From NCBI RefSeq assembly GCF_026210795.1, contig NC_089434.1, forward strand, positions 2,914,001-2,978,000: a stretch of DNA of 64,000 nucleotides, given 5' to 3'. Both the position numbers and the translations under genes were made by a program. The stretch comes from Rhizophagus irregularis (taxonomy: Eukaryota). The notes beneath the pieces were generated by a model that worked only from the letters and a program-made list of their open reading frames with translations, ran no database searches and had not been told where the DNA came from. This document shows positions 49,530-59,940 of the stretch, piece by piece; the first letter of the stretch is position 1; each line of letters starts with the position of its first letter.

Positions 49530-52500
49530 ACACCAACTTGTATCGGGTGTCTCACAGGGATTTCACCCCCCTGATAGTGCGATACCTAATTTTAATAGTC
49601 CTTATAATCCCCCTTCTCCTTCTTTTTCTTCCCCTCTTATTAACTTTGGACAAATCAATGTTAATGGATTATGTTCCCCTGTACGACAACTGCATTTGTT
49701 AAATTATTTCCTTCATTCTTCTTTTGGCGTTTTATCTTTAAATGATACTCGTCTTACTTCTTCTAGTGCTAAATTTATTTATCAAAATGAACATTTCCAA
49801 TATAATTTTAAATCTTATTGGGCTCCTTCCCCCTCTAATTCGCGACCACATGATGGTGTTGGTCTTTTACTTCGCCATCCTTTACACAAACATGTTCAGA
49901 AGATTGATCCCTGGAAAGGTCGTCTTTTAAAATTAGATCTTTTTTTTCATCAGACAAAAATTTCTATTATCTCTGTTTATATTCCTCCTTATCATTCTAT
50001 TCATTATAAAGAACGTGATGTTATTCTTGTTCAACTTAATTTATGGCTTGATCAAGCCCGTTCCAATAACTATCACGTAGTTATCCTTGGTGATTTTAAT
50101 GCAGATAAAATTTCACATTCACATCTTTCTCAACATCATTTGAAAATTTTACGATCACTCTCTTCTCGATATTTTACGGATCACCAATCCCATATTTCCT
50201 CAATTTCAGGTCCTAGTCCTACCTTTTATCATCAAAATGGTTCTTCAAGACTTGATTATATCTGGTCATCCCCTGGATTTCCTGCTCCCGGTCTTTTCTC
50301 TCAAGTTGCAACTTGTCCTAAGCTGAATGATAATCAATTTACTGATCATTGTGTACTTATAACGGCCTTTGATTTTAGCTCATGTTTCGCTATTTTATCC
50401 AAAGCTCGATTAAAGCAGAAAAGCGAACAACGCACCATCTTTCTTTACAAAAATTTGAAAGATGACACTTGGGACAAATTTTCCAATGAAGTAAACTCAC
50501 GTCTTGAGTTATACTTGATCACACACCACCCTTCAGTATCTTCACTTTCAGCTCTTTCATTGGACAAACTTTGGCACGTTCTTAAACGTTCTATTCTTGG
50601 TGGTGGCATTGATTCTCTACCATTCCAACATGTATCCAATACTCATCACCATAAATATCCTCCTGAACTTACCATGCTTATTGCTGTCAACAAATTCTTG
50701 GATAGATTATTGTTTAAATTGACCACATCTAGGCCTAGTCGTCCTGCTCAAATTTCACAAATGATTAATTCTTTACCAATCCAATTAATCCTCCTTAAGT
50801 CTCTTTTAACAGATTATACTATACCTTCTTATAGTACAACACCGCTTTCTACTTTTGTCAAATTTTTACGTTCACAAAAAGCTTTGGTCTCAGCTTATCT
50901 TTCCACACAATTTCATCAGCATCGTGTAGATTCCATTGAATATTATACTGCTCTTAGAGATGAACATTTCTCTACATCCTCGGGCTCTTTTATTTCTTCA
51001 GCCCTATCAGTGGAACATCGTTCTATCGTCCTTGATAGAGTTTTGGTTGTTATTGACTCCAAACCCACATTATTTACTGATCCTTCAGATATTAAACAAG
51101 CTGCTATTAAACACTTCCAATCAGTTGTCACTCCTCCTTTGGTCCAGTATTCTTCTACGGATTCATTTCCTTCACGATGGCAACGAGCTTATACTCCTCT
51201 TCCAGATATTGATTCGTCCTTATATAACTCGGTTATGTCTCCTATTCTGGCCGATGAATGGAAAAACACTCTCAATTCTATGCCTAATAATAAAGCCTCT
51301 GGTCCTTCCAAGATCTCTTATGAGATGCTCAAACATTTAACTGGAGAAACTTTCAATTTGTCCCTTGTATTAGCCAATGCTTGTCTCATTCATGGAGATA
51401 TTCCTGCCGATTGGCGTGAAGCGCTTGTTTATCCCATTCCAAAGCCTCATGAATTTGACGCCCAATTGAAGAATACGTGACCTATCACTCTATTGGAAAC
51501 AGTACGAAAATGTGTGGTTAAGGTCGTTACAACTCGACTATCAAAAATCCTAGCCGACAATCAAGTGCTCCAAGGTGGTAATTTTGCCGGATTACCAGGC
51601 GGCTCCACCGACATTCCTATTAAGATGCTTGATGCTATTATTCATCAACGACGCTTTGATAAAAGCGATGACCAAGAACTATGGGTTGTTTCTCAGGACA
51701 TTTCTAAGGCCTTTGACTCAATTGATTTGAACATGCTTAGACTGGCTTTAATCCGTCTGCATATTCCGTCTTTATTGATCAAATTTATCATTAACCTTTT
51801 TACAAGGCGTAATAATAAAATTATTACACATCATGGTGATACTTCTGGATATAGAGTTAGAATTGGTATTGACCAAGGTGAAATCATCTCTCCACTGTTA
51901 TGGGTTATATACTTGGATCCGTTACTTACCACACTTAATCGAGAAGCTTGTGATCCCTTTATTTTGAAATCTTCTGCATTATTGGATTATTCTCCAATTG
52001 AATATGAACAACATAATTTTCCCGTTTCACATATTACATTCATGGATGACTCTACTTTGATTGCTTCATCTAAACAAGGAATTGAAGATCGCCTTTATAT
52101 CACTGCTGAATTTTACACTTTAAATAATACTCAAGCAAATTCAGCAAAATATATCCTTCTTTCTTCTGAACAATTTTCTCAAATTATTGTATTTGATCTA
52201 TTCCCATCTTCTTTAAATACGATTCATACCCTTACTTTAAAGGCGGTAGCCTTATCTACATCTTTTCGGTTTTTAGGTGTTTGGTTTAACCTTTTGGCTT
52301 CTTCTCGTTTCGTTCATAACCAAACTGTTTCCATGGTCAAAGACATGGCCGCTCTACTCAGTCCTAAAAAACTTTTAGCACAACATATAGCTTATCTTTA
52401 TAACGTTGTCCTACTTCCGAGGCTAGAATTTCGCCTACAAACCACATTATTTGCAGAATCCACCATTAATCGCATGGTTTCTCCAATGCTTTCTCTTATT

Positions 52501-55002
52501 CGTCAGAAGGCTGGTTTGGCCTCAGTCACTCCTCTTTCCACACTCTTCACACTGTTGCCTTTCTCTATTCAACAAGCATTTGGTCGATTTCTATCATCTC
52601 ATGTGGCTTCATGGCAGAAAATTTTTTCTCACCCTTCATATAAGCTCTTTGCTAATTATATGATTACTTATCTCCAAGGTTTTTTGGACTGTGATGTCTG
52701 CCCTTCTACTATTGACCTGGAACCATGGTCCCACACCTTTTCTTTGCGAACACATTCTTTATTTAATTCTTTATTGTTCTCTTCTCGTTTAAATATCACG
52801 TGGTCTTTACTGTTCCGACCTCCGAGGAAAGATTTACGTCCGGCGATTCCACTCCAGTCTATTTTACCAAATGATTTATTTACTTCCATGAAAAATGTTC
52901 GGAAAAATTTCTGCACTCATTTTCTTGCTCAATTGATTACACCGTGTGGCTCTCGACTTCTCTCATGGAAAGATTTACGTTTTCTTAAACGAGTATCGAA
53001 CAAAGGATCTGTGCCTGCTTGGTTTAATTATTTGTTCAATCTTATTGTTATTCCTAATTCACTTTCTTTTTTTATTTTACAACAATTTAGAATTCCTAGT
53101 TCTCATACCGTAGCTTCTATTTCTTTTATAGATATTAGTCGAAATTATTGGTTTAACCCTCAATGGGCTATTTCTTTTAATCGCGATACTAACTCTTTCC
53201 TCGTTGGCCGTGTGATTACTACCTATCCTGCTCCACGTAATGAAGCTCTTATTTCACATTGGATTGCGTCATCGGTTGATGATTTACTTTCTGAATTTAC
53301 TGCATGCCAAGGTTGTGCCTCTGCTATTCCGCGATCCTCTACCTCTAAGACTTTGATTAAACGATGTCCCTCTGAAGGATGTTTCTCTTATGTTCCGTTA
53401 TCAAGTTTGATCCGTTATCCTACGAAACCTCGTACTTATATACATGCGGATACTCATTCGGTTTCACTTTCTGCCTCGTTAGGCTATGCCAAATCTCTTT
53501 TACTATTTCATCTTTTTGCTCCGGTTCGCTTACTTCCTACGAATGAACTAGTGCTTAGGATTTCTGATATCCAACTTCCTTCTTCGGTGTTTACCCTTTA
53601 TATTGATGGTTCCTTCCTTTCTCCTCCTAGTCATCCGGCATCCTCGATGGCTTATGCATGGACTGCTATAGATCCTGATGGATTTATTTTGGAATCCCAT
53701 TATAATATCATCTCTTCCATTTTTCCTTCTGCTTTACGTTCAGAAGTTTTTGCTTTATTGCACGGATTGGACTCCCTTTCTCGGAATTCAAAGATTACTG
53801 TCGCCACTGATTGTGCTCAATTACTTTCTTTATGGTCTTTGTATGTGGATGCTCCTTTTATTCCCAGAATGCTTAAAGAATCCAATTACCTTTTGTGGTC
53901 CACCATACGCACTATTATGTTGCAAAAGAATCTGGATGTTACCTTGATCAAGGTTCCTGCTCATGCTGACGACCCTTTGAATAATCATGTGGATGCATTA
54001 GCTAAAGCCGCTCATACTGACTCACATCTTTCTTCTTGTCCACCATCGGAATTGATGGCTCCTTGCATTTTACAATTTAATTCCTTACCTGTGGATATGA
54101 ATATCCGGAAATTTATTAGAGATATTTTTGACGCCAAAAGTCTTTTAACTCTTGCTGTATTACCAAGATTTAATTCCTATTCTTCAACTTCTGATATTGA
54201 TTGGGCTTGCACCAAATTTTGTCTCAATAACATTAAGCATTTTGTCTCTCATCAGAATGGCCGTTCCGAGTTTTGTGGTTTCCGTATCAAGCTACTTTTA
54301 GATATGCTTCCAACGCTTACAACTCTTCAGAGACGAAAGCCTCATCTTTATAATCCAAGTTGGCTTTGTCCTCAATGTAATTCCTTTCCTGAGACTTTAG
54401 ACCACTTGTGGACTTGTCCTTATATTTTACCGGAATTTAGCCCTTTACAAACTTTTAAAACATTACTATTGGCTCTTCAGACTACTTATCTTGATAATTT
54501 CCTTTCCGCGTCATCTTTAATCCCTTTACCAGACTCTTTTGCTGCTGAATTTATGGCTCTTAATTGTTGGGATTGTGACCCTCCTTCAATTTCCTGCCTG
54601 CGACTCACAAGAGGACTTATACCGATATCTTTGACAGAATTTCTTGGAATTTATTTTTCTTCACCTACCATATGGTCTATCTTAGATACACCTTTGCACG
54701 ACTTTCATTTTGACCTTTATGTTCAAATCTGGTTGTGCCGATCCATTTTCTTTCATCATTGGGAATTAGCTCAAGGCATTACAAAAAAAATGAAATCGTC
54801 AGCTCTTGGGCCTTCTTCTATTCTTCGACCTTCCTCTAACATTCCTCTTGACTCTTCGACACCTTCCTTGGTGACAGCTTCCTTGGATTCCTGGGATTCT
54901 TGGGTTTCCTCTTCTATAATCTATGGGGGATCTTGGATTTCGCATTTGGATTTTTGGCGCCGCTTAACAGTTCAGCCTCTACTTAGGATTTCTTTTTGGT
55001 AA
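49522..55002 (+). pseudogene. LINE ORF2 (AP endonuclease, reverse transcriptase, RNase H, CCHC finger), one premature TGA
   Basis: INVNGL, HDGVG, ILGDFN, RLDYIW, TDH; QDISKAFD, GIDQGEIISPLLW, FMDD; LYIDGS..SEVFA..TDC..KVPAH..NNHVD; CPQC..HLWTC. Stop at 51478-51480 (KNT*PI). Confidence 0.93.
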
Positions 55003-55282
55003 CGGATTGGATCTTAGGACATGCTGGATAGTTGACTCACACTGGCCTTCGGGTAAAGATGGGGTATGCGTTTCTGTAATAGTTTAGTTTTTCTTTACTT
55101 AATTTTATTTTGTTTAGATTTCTTTACTTGTATGAATCGTGAAGCTTGTTCTTTTTATTTTTTATGTTTATTTTCTATATTTGATATTTGTAATATTGTT
55201 CGATTTGTTTATTGTACTTTTCGTTTAAATTTAATAATAAAAGATAAAGTCATAAGACTGTTTGCTCATAATCACCAAATAT

Positions 55283-56082
55283 CAACTAAGGGTCATGATG
55301 TCCTTCTAACGTTCCCTATGAGGCCATTGGCATGTGCGCAGTCCTGTCTTTGAGGTCACTACTATACCTTAGGGGGGACTTCCTGTCCGGGTGGTCACTC
55401 TACGATACCACTTGGGGTCAGTAATGGCTAGATGGTCGTCCTAGATGGTAAAGCTGAGGGTGCAATGTCTTAGTGGTAGTTTGACCTTCTGTTAGGTCGT
55501 AGACCAACCAAGGTGTTCGTGCGCAGACAGATAGCTTGGTGATTGGGTTCGATTCCCATTCTCTGATGGGCCCTGGTTGGTGATTCCTGGTGGTTGATAC
55601 CCACCGAAGGGATGATCCTGGGTAACACCTACAAGCTTACTGTTCAGGTGGTCACTACAAAGTATACCACTTGGGGATTACAACTGTACTATCGGTGGTG
55701 GGTAATCGCGGGCTGTAGTGGCCTTTGAGTGAGACCTAGTACCTAATATGGTGGTATGGAAGGGGTCTAGATGTTTGAAAGTTATCTGATGAAAGTCCTC
55801 CGTGACAGTAGTAGTGGTGAGGGGTTATAATAGTAGCCATTACAGTATCATGCAACGGATTAAAGGACGAGTAGGGTGGTGTTCAGCAGATTCGAAGGCC
55901 TTCGGATCCCTGGGATAAGTCCTTGCGTTTCAGTTGTGGTGTTGAATTGTCCCTGTTAAAAAGGTGGCGGGGATGGTTACATCATACATAGGTGAGGATG
56001 ATGCAATGAACGACCTACCTCCATAGCCTTCAATAGAGGGTGCGGAAAGTAGTGGCCACTAAACTTACAAAACACTTGTAAA
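55283..56082 (+). mobile_element. 5'-truncated SINE-like subfamily B, copy 1
   Basis: Core homologous to subfamily A with a different 3' region; bounded by target B at 55268-55282 and 56083-56097. Confidence 0.85.
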
Positions 56083-56097
56083 ATAATCACCAAATAT

Positions 56098-58564
56098 CAC
56101 GTGGTCGTTATTGTTCTGACCTCCGATAAAAGATCTACGTCTGGTGATTCCACTCCGGTCTATTTTACCTAAAGAACTATTTACTTCCATGAAAAATGTT
56201 CGAACTAACTTTGGTACTCGTTTTCTTGTCCAACTGGTTACTCCGTGTGGCTCCAGACTTCTTTCATGGAAAGATTTACGCTTTCTTAAACGTGTTTTGA
56301 ACAAAGGATCTGTGTCTGCTTGGTTTAATTATTTATTTAATTTTGTTATTATTTCTAATTCTTCTTCCTTTTTTGTTTTACCGCAATTTAGAATACCTAA
56401 TTCCCATACTGTAGCTTCTATCTTTTCTATAGATATTAGTCAAAATTATATGTTTAATCCACAATGGGCTATTTCTTTTAATCGCAGTACTAACTCTTTT
56501 CTTGTTGGCCGTGTGATCATTACCTATCCTGCTCCGCGAAATGAAGCTCTTATTTCACATTGGATTGCGTCATCTGTCAATGACTTATTATCCGATTTTA
56601 CTGCATGCCAAGGTTGTGCCTCTGCTATTCCGCGATCCTCTACTTTCAAGACATTGCTTAAACGGTGTCCTTCTGAAAAGTGCTTTTCTTATGTGCCTTT
56701 ATCAACTCTTATCCGTTACCCTACGAAGCCTCGTACTTATATACATGCGAAAACTCGTTCGGTCTCACTTTCTGCCTCGTTAGGCTATGCCAAATCTCTA
56801 TTATTATTTTATCTTTTTGCTCCAGTTCGATCACTTCCTATGAACAATTATGTGTCTAGGATCTCTGATATCCAACTTCCTTCTTCAGTGTCTACATTAT
56901 ATATCAATGGCTCTTTCCTTCCTTTTCCCAGTCATTCGGTACCTTCGATGGCTTATGTTTGGACTGCTATCGATTCTGATGGATTCCTTCTTGAATCTCA
57001 TTATAACACCATTCCTTCTCTTTTCCCCTTTGCATTGCGTTCTGAAATTTTTGCTTTATTGCATGGATTGGACTCTCTCCCTCAGAATTCCAAAATTACT
57101 GTCGCCACTGATTGTGCTCATTTAATTTCCCTATGGTCTATGTATGTGGATGCTCCTTTCATTCCTAGAATGCTTAAAGAATCCAACCACCTTTTATGGT
57201 CTTCGGCATGAGCTATTATTTCACAAAAAAATCTGGAAGTTACTTTAATCAAGGTTCCTGCTCATGCTGACGATTCTTTGAATAATCACGTTGATGATTT
57301 AGCGAAAGCTGCTTATACGGACTCGCGTCTTTCCCTTCAGTTGCCTGTACTTTTGGCTCCTTGCATTTTACAATTTAATTCTTTACCTGTGGATATGAAT
57401 ATCCAGAAATTCATTGGAGAAATTTTTGACGCCAAGAATCTTTTGACTCTTGCTTTACTACCAAGATTCACTTTTAATTCCTCTATTTCAGACATCGATT
57501 GGGCTTGTACCAAATTTTGTTTTAATAATAAACAATTACAAATTTTCCATCGCAATGGCCGTTCTGAATTTTATGCTTTCCGTATCAAGATTTTATTGGA
57601 TATGCTTCCGATACTCACAACTCTTCAGAAACGAAAGCCTCATATCTATGATCTGAGTTGGCTCTGTCCTCAGTGCAACTCCTCTCCTGAGACTTTAGAC
57701 CACTTATGGACTTGTCCTTATATTCTACCTGAATTTGGCCCTTTTAATACTTTTAAAACACTTCTGCTGGACCTTCGTACTGTTTATCTTGACAAACTTC
57801 TTTCCGCGACTCCTATGAACCCTTTACCGGACTCTTTTGTTGCAGAATTTATGGCTATTGATTGTTGGGAATGTGACCCTCCTTCAAATTCCTGTCTGCG
57901 ACTTACATGTGGCCTTATACCGATGTCTCTTATAAGTTTTCTTGGAACTTATTTTTCGCCATTCAATATTTGGTCTATCCTTGATACACCTCTACACAAC
58001 TTCCACTTTGACCTTTATGTTCAAATCTGGTTATGCCGTTCCATTTTTTTTCATCATTGGGAATTAGCTCAAGACATTACTAATAAAATTAAATCGTCTG
58101 CTATTGGTCCTTCTCCTATTTCTCATCCTTCCTCTCATATTTCTCCTGATTTTTCGACACCTTCCCTGGCGACAGTTTTCTTGGATTCCTGGATTTCTTG
58201 GGTTTTCTCTTATGTAATCCGTGGGGGATCTTGGATTTCGCACTCGGATTTTTGGCGCCGCTTAACAGTTCAGCCTCTACTTAGGATTTCTTTTTGGTAA
58301 CGGATTGGATCTTAGGACATGCTGGATAGTTGACTCACACTGGCCTTCGGGTAAAGTTGGGATATGCGTTTCTGTAATAGTTTAGTTTTTCTTTACTTAA
58401 TTTTATTTTGTTTAGATTTCTTTACTTGTATGAATCGTGAAGCTAGTTCTTTTTATTTTTTATGTTTATTTTCTATATTTGGTATTTGTAATATTGTTCG
58501 ATTTGATTATTGTACTTTTCGTTTAAAAATTAAATAAAAAATAAAGTCATAAGACTGTTTGCTC
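56098..58564 (+). mobile_element. 5'-truncated LINE family B copy (RNase H, CCHC, 3' UTR)
   Basis: Homologous to 52797-55267; TGA at 57209-57211; RNase H catalytic D appears as N (LYINGS). Confidence 0.92.
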
Positions 58565-58583
58565 ATAATCACCAAATATATAT

Positions 58584-59593
58584 GGGTTGGTCACCCTATC
58601 TTAGTGGTTAGTCACTGAGACCCTCATTAAGCCTGAGTATGGTGAGGTCGCAGGTTCGATTCCTATGACCACGGAAATAAAAAGAATTTTACTGCGGACG
58701 CTACAACCAATAGCGTGAAGGTACAGGGATTAGTGTAGTTGGACTGCATTATGGTGAATTAGTGTGTACAGTTAGGCTGCACATTTCAACTAAGAATCAT
58801 GGTGTCCTTCTAACATTCCCTAAGAGGTCATTGGTATGTTCGGAGTCCTGTCTTTGAGGTCACTGCATAGTATACCTTAGAGGTGGTGTCCTGTCCTGGT
58901 GGTCACTCTACAATACCACTGGGGGTACAGTTCGCTGTGCTAGATGGTCCTATAGATGGTAACATCATGGGTGCAATGTCTTAATGGTAGTTGACCTTCT
59001 AATAGATCTTAGACCAACCGTGATGTTCCTGAACAGAACAGATAGCTTGGTGATTGGGTTCGATTCCCTTCTCTGATGGCCTTGGATTGGTGATTCCTGG
59101 TAGTTGATACCCACCAAAAGGGATGATCCTGGGTAACACCTACAAGTTTACTGTCCAGGTGGTCACTACAAAAAGTATACCACTTGGGGATTACAACTGT
59201 ACTATCGGTGGTAGGTAATCGCAGGCTGTAGTGGCCTTTGAGTGAGACCTGATACCTAATATGGTGGTATGGAAGGGGTCTAGATGTTTGAAGGTTATCT
59301 GACGAAAGTCCTCCGTGACAGTAGTAGTGGTGAGGGGTTTATAATAGTAGCCATTACAGTATAATGCAACGGATTAAAGGATGAGTAGGGTGGTGTTCAG
59401 CAGATTTGAAGGCCTTCGGGTCCCTGGGATATGTCCTTGCGTTTCAGTTGTGGTGTTGAATTGTCCCTGTTAAAGGCGGCGGGATGGTTACATCATGGCC
59501 TAGTGAAGATGATGCAATGAACGACCTACCTCCATAACCTTCAGTAGAGGGTGCGGAAAGTAGTGGCCACTAAACGTACAATACACTTGTAAA
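58584..59593 (+). mobile_element. Full-length SINE-like subfamily B, copy 2
   Basis: gggttggtcaccc start, A-box-like 58597-58611, B box 58653-58663; target copies at 58565-58579 and 59594-59608. Confidence 0.87.
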
Positions 59594-59940
59594 ATAATCA
59601 CCAAATATGGACTGTCCCAAATGTGTGACTATAAAGAGAGTTGACTGTACCGGTTATTTTTATATTAAAAAATCTGTCAAATTTACTAGTTAGTTTAGTT
59701 AGTTTAAAATTACATTAATATTTTATTTATTATAATAATATTAATGTATTATTTAATTTAAATTTACTAATATTATAAAAAAATAAAATATAAAGTATAT
59801 TGTAAGTTAAATTTATATATATTTTATTACAAAAAAATTTAATAAGTATTTCTATTGATTTTTTATTAAAAAAAAATAATTAGTACAACTAATTCTTTAA
59901 AAAAAATAGCTAATTGATAAGTTATAATAAGATCCAAATT

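Larger units (their letters stand above)
47270..55267 (+). mobile_element. Near full-length non-LTR retrotransposon, family B (ORF1 + APE-RT-RNaseH-CCHC ORF2), no poly(A) tail
   Basis: Two overlapping ORFs; flanked by ataatcaccaaatat at 47252-47266 and 55268-55282. Confidence 0.95.
34733..59647. mobile_element. Non-autonomous pogo/Tc1-mariner-type host element (~0.96 kb when empty) carrying two retro-insertion arrays
   Basis: TA|CAGTCAACTCCCTCTATAGTTAC ... GTGACTATAAAGAGAGTTGACTG|TA. Host segments are 34733-35027, 46641-47269 and 59612-59647. Confidence 0.88.

Noticed and set aside
55786..55810. Hammerhead ribozyme core (ctgatga...gaaa)
   Set aside because: No stem II spacing, and homologous positions in subfamily A read ctgtcga.
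55860..56082. Guide-like complementarity between SINE 3' modules and their targets
   Set aside because: Only weak, gapped matches by eye (e.g. tgtggtgttgaat versus tttggtgattat), not distinguishable from chance.
58584..58672. Functional tRNA genes in the SINE heads
   Set aside because: A/B boxes are present, but D and anticodon arms are non-canonical and T-stem pairing is weak.
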